DNA of 64,000 nucleotides from Vulcanimicrobiota bacterium (GTDB lineage: Bacteria; Vulcanimicrobiota; Xenobia; Xenobiales; JADMJV01), in the NCBI GenBank assembly GCA_050250895.1, contig JBFWNU010000004.1, positions 270,934 to 334,933 on the forward strand, read 5' to 3'. The position numbers and the translations under genes are program-made. Below are positions 1 to 9,659 of the stretch, piece by piece (positions within the stretch are counted from its first letter, which is position 1; every line of letters starts with the position of its first letter). The notes under the pieces were generated by a model, which did not search any database, was not told the DNA's origin, and saw nothing but the letters and a program-made list of their open reading frames with translations.

Positions 1-104
1 CGAGCCACCGTTCGGCTCTCGATCTCCAGGCGACGAGAGAGTTCCCGCTGGCTGAGGCCCAAGTCTTTGCGCCGATTTTTCAGCTTTTCGTGAAACGACT
101 GCAC
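1..104 (-). CDS. XRE-family helix-turn-helix protein (partial, runs off window start)
   Basis: Manual translation from GTG at 104: MQSFHEKLKNRRKDLGLSQRELSRRLEIESRTVAR, a typical HTH_3 pattern; absent from ORF track. Confidence 0.8.
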   Translation of the reverse strand, partial: MQSFHEKLKNRRKDLGLSQRELSRRLEIESRTVA

Positions 105-210
105 CGAGACGGATCTTCACGCCAACGAGCCCCATGGCCCTGCTCGCGAGCAAGCAATTCAGCATCCATTCAGGCCCTCGGTCTAGACTGGCCCTGCAGG
201 AGGACCCGCC

Positions 211-1098
211 ATGCTCATCCACCAGGGCCCTTTTGTCGGTCATCGCGGAGCGCGGGGTAGCGCGCCAGAGAATACTTTTGCGGCATTTCGCGAGGCTCAC
301 CGACAAGGGGCAAGTTCGATCGAACTCGATGTCGGCTTGAGCGCCGACCAGCAGTTTTACGTTCTTCACGACGACACCCTCGACCGCACCACCAACGGCA
401 CCGGTCGCCTCGACCAGACCCTTTCGCAGCAACTCGACGGTCTCGACGCGGGCTCGTGGTATGGCCCAGACTACACGGGCGAGCGGGTGCCGCGGCTGGC
501 CGATGTGCTCGACTGGGCTAAAGACCGAATTCATGTGACCATCGAGGTCAAAACCTCGGCGGTCGGTCCCGGCGTGGGACGGCGCCTGGTCGAGATGGTC
601 GAGGCTCGCCAAATGGCCGAACAAGTCGCCATCGTCAGCTTCTCGCCAGAAGTGGTGGCTGAGGTCGAGCAAGTCAAGCCAAGCTTCGACACCGGACTGC
701 TGCTCTCAGAGCGCCCCACCCTCGGTCGGATCAAGCTAGGAGTTCAATTTGGACTGGCCCTGGGAATTGCCGGAGCGGTGGTCGGATGCTCGAGCCCGCT
801 GGCGGGTCTGGGGGTGGCGGCCGCCTCGACCGTGCTCGGCGGTCTGGTGGGCAAGGGGGTCAGCGCCCTCGAGACGCGGCGCCAATTGAGTCAAACACCG
901 GCCGATGCCATCCTGCCGTTCTGGCTCGATGCCGACCGGGCGTTGGCTCGAGCCGCCGCCAGGCAAGGCAAGCGAATGGTGCCCTACACCGCCAACAGCC
1001 CCTGGTTGGTAGGCCGCTTGCTCAAAGGCGGAGCAAGCGCCGTCATCACCGACATCCCCGGCCGTTTCACCGGTTCGAGCAGATCGAGGCCTACCTAA
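211..1098 (+). CDS. Glycerophosphodiester phosphodiesterase with internal hydrophobic insertion
   Basis: GHRG, PENT, IELDV, HDxTLDRTT, IEVK, VITD motifs; SD AGGAGG upstream. Confidence 0.92.
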   Translation: MLIHQGPFVGHRGARGSAPENTFAAFREAHRQGASSIELDVGLSADQQFYVLHDDTLDRTTNGTGRLDQTLSQQLDGLDAGSWYGPDYTGERVPRLADVLDWAKDRIHVTIEVKTSAVGPGVGRRLVEMVEARQMAEQVAIVSFSPEVVAEVEQVKPSFDTGLLLSERPTLGRIKLGVQFGLALGIAGAVVGCSSPLAGLGVAAASTVLGGLVGKGVSALETRRQLSQTPADAILPFWLDADRALARAAARQGKRMVPYTANSPWLVGRLLKGGASAVITDIPGRFTGSSRSRPT

Positions 1099-1264
1099 CA
1101 AAAGAAGCGGGCATCCTTAGACGATTCACCTGTCGCCTCGACACCCTCACCTCGGTGCGCAGCTAGGGCGCTGCTTAAGCCGACGGCCTCGGGGCTCCCT
1201 CGGGTGCCCTCAACCCGGCTGTGCCGTTACCGAACTTCTCGCGGGCCGGCGTCGTCCTATCGGC

Positions 1265-1447
1265 ATGCGAACCCTCAATCCGATCCCCTTCACTCTGGTC
1301 GCGATTCTGGTCCTGCTCGTCCTTTCAGGCATCGTCGGGCTGGAAGTCGGACCCGCCGGTGTCACGATTGAAGCCAACCTCTACGACCGGGTATTCTACC
1401 TCCGGGTCGGGCGCGACGGCATCCGCGCCGGAGAAGACAAGGGATGA
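1265..1447 (+). CDS. Small membrane or secreted hypothetical protein (60 aa)
   Basis: N-terminal hydrophobic helix; fills an otherwise empty gap. Confidence 0.5.
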   Translation: MRTLNPIPFTLVAILVLLVLSGIVGLEVGPAGVTIEANLYDRVFYLRVGRDGIRAGEDKG

Positions 1448-1561
1448 CGTCTGGAAGGTCGCCTGGGTCAGGCGACGCCGGTTGAATACTACCGGATGCT
1501 CCCCAACCATCCCGGAGACCCTCGCCTGACCGGACGCACGCGGCCAAGCTTGATATAGACC

Positions 1562-1918
1562 ATGAATCTTCCCAGGCTAATCCTGCGCCTGAGCCTTGGT
1601 CTCAACTTCTTCCTGCATGGATTGGTGAGGCTGCTCGGCAACTACGACGAATTCGTCAAACAAACCGTGAGCGGCTTTGACAAGACCATTCTGCCTTCGG
1701 TCCTGGCCGTGCCCTTCGCCTTTCTCATTCCGCCCCTCGAACTGCTGCTGGGAGTGGCGCTGGTGGCCGATTTTCGCCCTCGCGAGACGCTCATCGGCGT
1801 GACGGGCCTAATGTGCCTGCTCATCGCCGGCAAGTGTCTGCAGCAGGACTGGGCGGTGGTCGGGTCCCAGATGATCTACGTGCTCTGCCTCTACCTGCTG
1901 GCCCGCGAGACCGAATAG
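1562..1918 (+). CDS. DoxX family membrane protein
   Basis: LRLSLGLNFFLHG and PPLELLLG motifs; 4 hydrophobic segments. Confidence 0.85.
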   Translation: MNLPRLILRLSLGLNFFLHGLVRLLGNYDEFVKQTVSGFDKTILPSVLAVPFAFLIPPLELLLGVALVADFRPRETLIGVTGLMCLLIAGKCLQQDWAVVGSQMIYVLCLYLLARETE

Positions 1919-1953
1919 GCAGGCCATCCATTCCCTGATGCGAACGAGGCGAG

Positions 1954-3726
1954 ATGCGAATTCTTCTAGGAGTCGTGTTGTTGCTGATGAGCCTGCCTGT
2001 CGCGGCCGAGACGATCACCTATTCGGTGAGCTTCTCGCCCTCCACTCACTATCTCGAGGTCGAGGCGAACATGCCTGCCGGTTCGCCGGTCGTGACCTTA
2101 CCGGTGTGGACCCCCGGCTCTTACAAAGTGCGAGATTACTCGGGTCAGGTCGAGAACATGCAAGCCTACGATCCGGCCGGGACCCCCATCGCCACCCAGA
2201 AAGTACGCAAGAATCGCTGGCAGGTCGCTTCGCCAGGAGCCTACAACCTGAAATACCGCATCTATGCCCACGAGCCGTCCGTGCGCAACAACTGGGTTGA
2301 CCAGGAATATGCTCTGATCGTGGGAGCGGCCACCTTCGTGACGCCGTTCGAGCGGGGTCCCTTCGACTATCGGGTCCAGCTCGAACTTCCCTCAGAATGG
2401 CAATCCAGCTACTCGGGCCTGGCGGAAGTGGGTCCGAACACCTTCGGCGCGGCCGACTATGACGAACTGGTCGACTGCCCTATCCTGGCCGGCAATCCGG
2501 CCGTCTACACCTTCACTGTGGGCGGAAAGCCTCACTACCTGGTCAATGTCGGCGAGGCCGGGGTGTGGGACGGGCCGGGCTCGGCCCGAGACGTGAAAAA
2601 GGTGGTGGAAACGCAACTGGCGCTGTGGGGCCAGTTGCCCTACGACAAATATCTCTTCTTCAACATCATCAACGAAACGCACGGCGGGCTCGAACACAGG
2701 AACTCGACCGTGCTGATGACCAGCCTGTGGAAGAGGCAGACCGAGCAGCACCAAGCCTGGTGTAGCCTGGTGGCCCACGAGTTCTTCCACGCCTGGAACG
2801 TCAAGCGCCTTCGGCCGGTCGAGTTGGGGCCCTTCGACTATGAGAACGAGGTCTACACCCGCAGCCTGTGGGTGGCCGAGGGGATCACCTCTTATTACGA
2901 CGACCTGTTAGTGGCCCGGGCCGGCCTGGCCAATGAGGCCGACTATCTCAAAGCGCTGTCGAAGTCTGTGGAACGGCTTCAAACGACGCCGGGACGCAAA
3001 GTGCGCTCCCTGGCCGAAGCCTCTTTTGATGCCTGGATCAAACTCTACGCCCCCGACGAGAACACCAATAACACCAACATCAGTTATTACACCAAGGGAG
3101 CCCTGGTCAGCTGGTTGCTCGATATCGAGATTCGCCAGGCAACCGGCGGCCAGAAGACACTCGACGACCTGCTCCGCCTGGCCTATCAACGCTTCGCCAA
3201 AGATGGTTTCGAAGAGCAAGCCTTTCGCCAGCTGGCCTCAGAAGTGGCCGGCAAAGACCTGAGCGGGTTCTTCAGCCGCAACGTGGATAGCACCCAGGAG
3301 CTGGACTACGCGCCGGCCCTGACCTATTTTGGCCTGCGCTTCAAGCCTCCTGAAAACCAGGCCAACCCGGCCGGCTGGCTGGGCGCCAAGCTCGCTACCG
3401 ACAACTTCGTCACCGAAGTACCGCGCGACACGCCGGCCTATCGAGCCAGCCTGCAACCCGGTGACGAACTGTTGGGTCTGGATCAGTTTCGCCTGCCCCC
3501 CGACGGGCTTGAGGAACGGCTCAAGCAATATGCGCCCGGCACCCAGGTCGAGTTGCTGGTGGCCCGGCGCGGTCGACTCTTTCGACTGCCCGCGCGTCTG
3601 GAGGGCAAACCCACCCAGACCTGGACCCTGGAACCCGACCCGGCCGCCAACCCCACCCAGACCGCCCGCCGCAACCAGTGGCTGGGCAGTTCCAAGACAG
3701 CTAACCAGCCGGCCACGACCCGGTAA
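1954..3726 (+). CDS. M61 family glycyl aminopeptidase with C-terminal PDZ domain
   Basis: Signal peptide; PVWTPGSY, GGLEH, HEFFHAWNVKR, LWVAEGITSYY, SYYTKG; PDZ-like TPAYRASLQPGDEL. Confidence 0.95.
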   Translation: MRILLGVVLLLMSLPVAAETITYSVSFSPSTHYLEVEANMPAGSPVVTLPVWTPGSYKVRDYSGQVENMQAYDPAGTPIATQKVRKNRWQVASPGAYNLKYRIYAHEPSVRNNWVDQEYALIVGAATFVTPFERGPFDYRVQLELPSEWQSSYSGLAEVGPNTFGAADYDELVDCPILAGNPAVYTFTVGGKPHYLVNVGEAGVWDGPGSARDVKKVVETQLALWGQLPYDKYLFFNIINETHGGLEHRNSTVLMTSLWKRQTEQHQAWCSLVAHEFFHAWNVKRLRPVELGPFDYENEVYTRSLWVAEGITSYYDDLLVARAGLANEADYLKALSKSVERLQTTPGRKVRSLAEASFDAWIKLYAPDENTNNTNISYYTKGALVSWLLDIEIRQATGGQKTLDDLLRLAYQRFAKDGFEEQAFRQLASEVAGKDLSGFFSRNVDSTQELDYAPALTYFGLRFKPPENQANPAGWLGAKLATDNFVTEVPRDTPAYRASLQPGDELLGLDQFRLPPDGLEERLKQYAPGTQVELLVARRGRLFRLPARLEGKPTQTWTLEPDPAANPTQTARRNQWLGSSKTANQPATTR

Positions 3727-3820
3727 CACCCAGCCGCTCTCTCCGGCTACGGTTCTTGGCTACTGCACATCAGAGTCGACCCGTGGGTGGAAGAAAATCG
3801 GTGTGGATCTTCACAGGTTC

Positions 3821-5749
3821 ATGGATGCGCATGCGGACCTAAACGAGCCGCGGGCCCCGCAGGTCCCTTCCTTTGCGCTCCCAACCGCGGTTCGGCAAGG
3901 CGTTCTTGCAGGTTTCAAGCCCACGCTCCCGAACGATAAGCCGTTGAACGTGGGTGCAGCCAAAGGTCGCCAAAGCCTGCCTCCCGGCGCTGAACTCAAA
4001 GACGGGACCTACATCGTGGGTCCCGTTCTCGGTGCCGGTGGGTTTAGTATCACATATTCAGGCAAGGAAAAACGCCTGGGTACGCCGGTGGCTATCAAAG
4101 AGTTCTTCCCCAAAGGCTGCACTCGCGACCAGGGAGTGATCATTCCCGGCGGCAAGTGGAATGCGGCCAACTTCATGGACACCCGCGAGGCCTTCCTGGA
4201 AGAGGGTAAGACGATGGAGCGGTTCGAGCGCCCCGGTATCGTCAAGGTCTACGCCGCTTTCGAAGCCCACGGCACGGCCTACATCGTGATGGAGTATCTG
4301 CAGGGCAAGACGTTCTCGACCCTGATCCAGGAGCGCGGACTGTTGCCCGAGGCTCTGGCCATGAAATTTATCAGCCAATTGGCCCGCACCCTCGACGGTA
4401 TCCACCTGGCCGGTTTGCTGCACGGCGACATCAAACCCGACAACATCATGCTGACCGAAGACCAGCGGGTCATTCTGCTCGACTTCGGAGCGGCGCGCAG
4501 CTATCTGTCGGTCAAGGAAGAGGAAGAGACGGTCTTTCTCACGCCCGGCTATGCGCCTCCAGAACAATACCAGCGAGACTACCCCATCGATCCCGCCACC
4601 GATGTCTACGCGGTGGCCGCCACCCTCTACAACCTGCTCGGTGGCAAGCGCCCGCCCGCCGCACCCGCCCGACTCAAAGGCGAAACTCTGCCGGCTCTAA
4701 ATTCGCTCAACTCTAGCGTGTCGGCCCGCACGGCCAAGGCCATTCGGCACGGCCTGTCGCTTCATCCCGAGCGCCGCCCGCCTACCATTCGGGCCTTCCT
4801 GGGCGAGCTGATCGGGCCGTCCGAGGCCGATCTGGTGCTGGCTTCCCAGGTTTTCACCCAGATTCAACCGCGTCAGGTGGCGGTGCTTGAAGGTCACGAA
4901 GGCTGGGTCATCGCGCTAGACTTTCACCACGAGGGCAATCTGCTAGCTTCGGGCGATAAAGAGGGAAAGGTGTGGCTGTGGTCCCTCGACCGGGGAGAGG
5001 CTCTCGGAGTGCTCGACCTGGGCTCGTCCATCACGGGTCTCGAGATCTCTCCTGACGGCAAATTGATCGCCGTGGGCACGATGGCCGGGGGCCTGGTGCT
5101 CATCGACCTGGCTACCGGCCATACGGTGGCCACGCTCAAGAAAGATCCTCCGCCGGTCCAATGCCTGTGCTTTACCACCGATGGCACTCGATTGGTGGCC
5201 GGCTTCACCGACGGCACCATCAACGTCTATGAACCGCCGGGACGCATCATCAACACCTTGACCGGGCACCAGAGTCCCGTCAACGACGTCAAATGCTCGC
5301 CCGGTGGGCGACTGATGGCCTCGGTGTCTAACGATAAGACGGCCCGGCTCTGGGACCTCAAGTCAGGGCGAGCCGTGCGCGTCTTTGCCGGCCACACGCG
5401 GGTAGTGCAGGCTTGTGCTTTTTCACCCGACGGCCGGGTGCTGGCGACCGGCGCCAGCGACTTCACCATTCGCCTGTGGGACGTGCGCAAGGGCGAAGAA
5501 CTGCGCAAGCTCAAAGGCCACGAAGCCATGGTCTGGAACGTGATGTTCACCCCCGACCGCTCCTATCTGCTCTCTTCCGCTGGCGACAAGACGGTGAGGG
5601 TGTGGCGACTGGACTCGGCCCGCGAAGTGGCCCGGATGGAAGGCCACACTTCGTGGGTGCGGGCGCTGGATTACGCTCCCAGCCGCAATCTGGTCGCCTC
5701 GGGCGGGGGCGACGGTCAGATCCGTCTGTGGGAAGTCGACTGGTCCTAG
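3821..5749 (+). CDS. Ser/Thr protein kinase with WD40 repeats
   Basis: LGAGGFSITY, VAIKE, HGDIKPDN, DFG, PPEQ; multiple GH...W[DR] repeats; start trimmed to ATG 3821. Confidence 0.93.
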   Translation: MDAHADLNEPRAPQVPSFALPTAVRQGVLAGFKPTLPNDKPLNVGAAKGRQSLPPGAELKDGTYIVGPVLGAGGFSITYSGKEKRLGTPVAIKEFFPKGCTRDQGVIIPGGKWNAANFMDTREAFLEEGKTMERFERPGIVKVYAAFEAHGTAYIVMEYLQGKTFSTLIQERGLLPEALAMKFISQLARTLDGIHLAGLLHGDIKPDNIMLTEDQRVILLDFGAARSYLSVKEEEETVFLTPGYAPPEQYQRDYPIDPATDVYAVAATLYNLLGGKRPPAAPARLKGETLPALNSLNSSVSARTAKAIRHGLSLHPERRPPTIRAFLGELIGPSEADLVLASQVFTQIQPRQVAVLEGHEGWVIALDFHHEGNLLASGDKEGKVWLWSLDRGEALGVLDLGSSITGLEISPDGKLIAVGTMAGGLVLIDLATGHTVATLKKDPPPVQCLCFTTDGTRLVAGFTDGTINVYEPPGRIINTLTGHQSPVNDVKCSPGGRLMASVSNDKTARLWDLKSGRAVRVFAGHTRVVQACAFSPDGRVLATGASDFTIRLWDVRKGEELRKLKGHEAMVWNVMFTPDRSYLLSSAGDKTVRVWRLDSAREVARMEGHTSWVRALDYAPSRNLVASGGGDGQIRLWEVDWS

Positions 5750-5782
5750 AGGGCAAAGCCCCCCTTGGAAGAACCTCTGTCT

Positions 5783-6160
5783 ATGACCAACAACCTGCCT
5801 CCCGGCCTGACGGCGAAGACGGGCGAGGTATTTGCACGATACCTCGAGAGCGTTCCTCGTTCGCGCGCCAGTCTCGAGCGAGCGGTCAAAGCGCATCTGA
5901 CCGAGGTCAACCTGGCCAGCGAGACCAACGAGTTGCTAGACCTGGCCACCGCGCGCAAGCTGGCTCAGGGCCTGCTCACCCTGCTCGAACGCAGCCAGGA
6001 CGAGCAGCTACGGCTGGTCCAGGGCGCCATCCTCTACTTCGTCGAGGATGAGGATGCCGAATCCGACTTCGCTTCGGCCGTCGGATTCGACGACGATGTC
6101 GAGGTCTTCAACGCCGTCTGCCATCAGCTCGGGTTGCCCGAACTCGCCCTAACGCTTTAG
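5783..6160 (+). CDS. YkvA/DUF1232-like hypothetical protein
   Basis: GAILYFVEDEDAESDF...GFDDD resembles the YkvA motif. Confidence 0.6.
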   Translation: MTNNLPPGLTAKTGEVFARYLESVPRSRASLERAVKAHLTEVNLASETNELLDLATARKLAQGLLTLLERSQDEQLRLVQGAILYFVEDEDAESDFASAVGFDDDVEVFNAVCHQLGLPELALTL

Positions 6161-7597
6161 CTACTTCTCGCACAGGATCAGGGTGCGGCCGGCCGGATGG
6201 GACTCGAGCAGGCGCTGGGCCGAAAAGTATCGCGACACGACGCTTTGAAGATTCTCGAGCGTGTACCAGTCGAAGCTTTCACGCTGGAAATGGCTGAGGA
6301 GGACCTGCGATTTCTCGTCATCCAGGGGCACGAACTCGAGTACCAGCCAGCGGGTCGTGAAGCACTCGAGTAACTCGACCACCCGCTCGAACGATTGCCA
6401 ATTGGTGAGCACCAGGTGGTGAATCAGGGCCAGGGCAAAGACCATTTCACCCTGGATGCGGGCTAACGCCGAAGGAAACTGGACCAGCTTCCAACCGAAG
6501 GCGGGGGTCGGATTGAGCAGGTTCATCACCAGCGGTAATACATCCAGCCTCTGCTGGCTAGCCCGGTCGTAAAGCCGGGTGACACAACCCTCATCGAAGT
6601 CGATGGCCACCACTCGAGAGCCGCGATGGGCGGCCAGCATGGCGTACCAACCCTCGTTGCAGGCCAGGTCGACCACCGTGTTGGGACGATGCTCGTCGAG
6701 CAAATCGGCCAGGGCTCGATGCTTCTGATGCCAGTTCGAGCTATCGTCCCAGGATGGCCAATCTTCATAGTAGTTGACCCAGGTGGTGGTGGGCTTGGGC
6801 AGCCGAATCTTGCTGACGTCGCGCACGAGACCTTTGAAGAAGCCGCTCCGCATGGCTGCCAGCCGCTCGGGGGGGTGGGTGGTCTTCTGCATCTTCTTGT
6901 CGAGTTCGAGCTTCTGAGCCAGACTGCTCACTCGACGCGGCAACTCGAGGCGGGTCCAGGTTTGGGGGTGGGTCAACTTGTAGCCGCCCGAAAGCAGCGC
7001 CGAGCAAGTCGCGAACGATATTCCCCGCAGATAGTCCTGCAACAGCGGGCGCACCACCTCATGCAGCCCGGCCGCATAGAGGTACAGGGGGAAGAGAAAA
7101 AAATTGCAGAACTGTTGGTAGGCCGACCAGATGAACTGGCCCTCTTCTTCCACCGGCCGCAACGAACCGACATCCACAAAGACCGGGGTAGTACCGTTCC
7201 ACAGCACATTCCAGGGATAGGCGTCTTGCAGGATAGCCCCGTGCTCGAGACCTTTCTGGCAAATCTCCAGAGTCAGCAGGGCCGACTCTTTGAGCATCTC
7301 GGCACTCCACTCCATGCAGTAGCTTCGCACCGGCACGGTGGCGTGGCTCAGCACCAGCCCATAGCCATCAAGACGAAGCGCGGTGGCGGATGTCTCGACC
7401 ATGCGACCCGAGGTCATCATGCTCTGGAAGAATTCGGCCCCGAGCAAACTATGGAAAAAGGCTACCCGGCTCTCGGTGATGGCTCGATAGAGGGAACCTT
7501 GCCAGCTGAAGAGACGGCCGTTGGGGTCGACGTAGGAGCTGGGGTCGACCGAAATCTGGTCAGCTGGGATCTGGTTCGCTTTGGTCAGGTGCGTCAG
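6161..7597 (-). CDS. NoeA-like class I SAM-dependent methyltransferase (start uncertain)
   Basis: LQDAYPWNV, VFVDVGS, VVDLACNEG, FALALIHHL; frame stays open upstream of 7447 through SYVDPNGRLF; putative CTG start at 7597. Confidence 0.8.
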   Translation of the reverse strand: MTHLTKANQIPADQISVDPSSYVDPNGRLFSWQGSLYRAITESRVAFFHSLLGAEFFQSMMTSGRMVETSATALRLDGYGLVLSHATVPVRSYCMEWSAEMLKESALLTLEICQKGLEHGAILQDAYPWNVLWNGTTPVFVDVGSLRPVEEEGQFIWSAYQQFCNFFLFPLYLYAAGLHEVVRPLLQDYLRGISFATCSALLSGGYKLTHPQTWTRLELPRRVSSLAQKLELDKKMQKTTHPPERLAAMRSGFFKGLVRDVSKIRLPKPTTTWVNYYEDWPSWDDSSNWHQKHRALADLLDEHRPNTVVDLACNEGWYAMLAAHRGSRVVAIDFDEGCVTRLYDRASQQRLDVLPLVMNLLNPTPAFGWKLVQFPSALARIQGEMVFALALIHHLVLTNWQSFERVVELLECFTTRWLVLEFVPLDDEKSQVLLSHFQRESFDWYTLENLQSVVSRYFSAQRLLESHPAGRTLILCEK

Positions 7598-7799
7598 TTT
7601 GCCCTCGCGAACGTGTGAACTTCGACTTCAAGGCGAGGAAGAAATTCTTGATGGGACGGAAGAAGAACGCCAGCGCCCCGAGCAATCCGTAGAAGACCGC
7701 ATAGCCGATCTGGAAGAGCAGGCCTGCCGTGCCCGGATCGACGTAGGCGAGGCAGGGCAACGGGGCCAGGACAAGAATGAGGGCGAGGCGGATGAACAT
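7560..7799 (-). CDS. Small membrane protein of the AY(L/V)DPGTG type
   Basis: Signal-like N-terminus, AYVDPGTAGLLFQ, TM helix, basic tail; AAGGA immediately upstream. Confidence 0.75.
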   Translation of the reverse strand: MFIRLALILVLAPLPCLAYVDPGTAGLLFQIGYAVFYGLLGALAFFFRPIKNFFLALKSKFTRSRGQTDAPDQSEPDPS

Positions 7800-7853
7800 T
7801 CCTTTCTCCTTCTCTCGAGCTTTCGACGGCTCAGCGGGGCCTCCTTTCGGGCC

Positions 7854-9659
7854 TTGAGCAGATTCGACGCCAGTCTGGGCCTGGGCGTGCTGGTGGTGGG
7901 GCTGGCAATCCTGCTCGATTTCAACTATCGCAGTTCGTTTCTCACCCTGCTGGGGGGCTGGGGCTTGTTGGTCAACCTGTTGGTATTGTTGGCCTTCGTC
8001 CTACCCATCGGAGCTTTGCTTGGAGCCCTATTGGCCGGACTCGGGCGAATGAAGTCCAACGAATGGTCGCTGGGTGGCGCTTTCCTGGTCATCGCTTATC
8101 TGTGCGCCGACCACCTCAAGATCTTTCTCAACCTGGCCGCCGGATTGTCGATCCCGAGGGCTACTTCGGTCGCTGTCGCCTTACTGGGGCTGCTTCTGGT
8201 CGCCTATCCTCGGGCCATTCGCCCCAACTTCGAACCCGACAGCTTCGCCTGGCTGGGCCAGGCGGCCCGGTTCGTCTGGCCGGCCACGCTCCTGGCGGGG
8301 GCACTGGCCTGGTGGCCCGGCAGCGCCAACCCGGCCGGCTTCGAGCGACCCCACGTCTTGATCTTGACCAGCGACTCGCTGTCAGCCGAGGCATTCGAGG
8401 CCGGAGCGCCAGGGGTGAAGCAATGGTCGCGCTCGGCCACGGTGCTAGAACATGCCCTGACCAATGCTAACGCCACCAAGTTCGCCATGCCTTGCTTTTT
8501 GGGCAAGCTACCCGCGGTGATCAGCCAACCGGTCGGCCCACTGCTCGAGAGCCTGCGCCAGGCGGGCTATGACCAGCGCACCTTCATTTCGTTCTTTAAC
8601 GTCTCGCCGGGCTTCGTGAATCAGTTCTCCGATGTCGTTCGGGTGGCCCGAGCCGAGCAGTGGTTCGATTTCTCGGGGCTGGCCTCACGCCAATGGTTGT
8701 GCAATCTGGCCAGCGAGGACAGCCGCTACTGGAGCCTCATCAGCCAGCAGAGCCCGGCCGACTTCAACTATGGCGAGCAGCCAACCTACCCTACCCGTCC
8801 AGCCCTCGAGCACGCCCTGACGGTCTTCCGACAGGCGCAAGGTCCGGCCGTGGTCTGGGTCCATCTCTTTGCCCCTCATCATCCCTTCTATCTGGAGGGT
8901 CGCTGGAAAGAGGGGCCCGAGGACATGCCGGCCCTCTACCACCGGGCCGTCGGCCAGTGGGACGAAGAGGTGGCGGCTTTCTTAAAAGAACTCGACCAGC
9001 GATTTCCCGATACGCTGGTGGTCCTCTCCTCGGATCACGGCGAGTCGTTCGGGCGAGCCGAAGGCGGCTGGCACGGCACCCTCCACGGCGCCAACTGGCT
9101 CAACCAGGACATTTGCCACATTCCGCTGATCATCAAGACCCCCGGCCAAATCGAGGGTCGCCGGCTCAAGACCTTCGCCAGTCAGATCGATGTGGCCCCG
9201 ACCCTGCTTGAGCTGCTCGGGCTCGAGCTTCCTCCGGACCTCGACGGCGAGAGCCTGGTGCCCTACTTCGACCAGCCCGACCAGCTCAGCCAAAAGATCA
9301 AGATCTGCGTGCCAGAATCCTATTTCTTGCGCCACACGTTAAAGATCCAGGACAAGCCCGAGGCCTGGGTGACCGGCAGCGAGGACATGTTCGCGGCCTT
9401 TATGGGCGAGTTCAAGGTGGGCTGGTTCCAGCTCTATGAGCGCGGCCCCGACGGCTATCTCAACCGCTACAAAGACGCCCTCATCTATGGCCTTTACAAG
9501 CCGCGCTCCGATCCCGACCTGAGTCACGACCTAAGCAAAGACCCTGCCCACCGTGAAGTGCTGGTCAGGGTCTTCAATTCGCCGCTCGTAGCCAGCTATC
9601 GGCACCAAGGAGCCGATGGCGCTTCGCGCCAAGGAGCCTCGGCTTCGCCGAGGAGATAG
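7854..9659 (+). CDS. Membrane-anchored sulfatase-like hydrolase/transferase (alkaline phosphatase superfamily)
   Basis: About 5 N-terminal TM helices; HVLILTSDSL, HLFAPHHP, SSDHGE, HIPLII, DVAPTLLELLG; start at TTG 7854 inferred. Confidence 0.85.
   Translation: MSRFDASLGLGVLVVGLAILLDFNYRSSFLTLLGGWGLLVNLLVLLAFVLPIGALLGALLAGLGRMKSNEWSLGGAFLVIAYLCADHLKIFLNLAAGLSIPRATSVAVALLGLLLVAYPRAIRPNFEPDSFAWLGQAARFVWPATLLAGALAWWPGSANPAGFERPHVLILTSDSLSAEAFEAGAPGVKQWSRSATVLEHALTNANATKFAMPCFLGKLPAVISQPVGPLLESLRQAGYDQRTFISFFNVSPGFVNQFSDVVRVARAEQWFDFSGLASRQWLCNLASEDSRYWSLISQQSPADFNYGEQPTYPTRPALEHALTVFRQAQGPAVVWVHLFAPHHPFYLEGRWKEGPEDMPALYHRAVGQWDEEVAAFLKELDQRFPDTLVVLSSDHGESFGRAEGGWHGTLHGANWLNQDICHIPLIIKTPGQIEGRRLKTFASQIDVAPTLLELLGLELPPDLDGESLVPYFDQPDQLSQKIKICVPESYFLRHTLKIQDKPEAWVTGSEDMFAAFMGEFKVGWFQLYERGPDGYLNRYKDALIYGLYKPRSDPDLSHDLSKDPAHREVLVRVFNSPLVASYRHQGADGASRQGASASPRR

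Noticed and set aside
1100-1260. Possible riboswitch or structured leader
   Set aside because: Only short GC-rich stems, as expected by chance at this GC content.
3329-3820. N-terminal extension of the kinase-WD40 ORF
   Set aside because: Overlaps the M61 gene in another frame and has non-coding-like composition.
7581-7853. N-terminal extension of the sulfatase-like ORF
   Set aside because: Antisense to the better-supported 79-aa gene.
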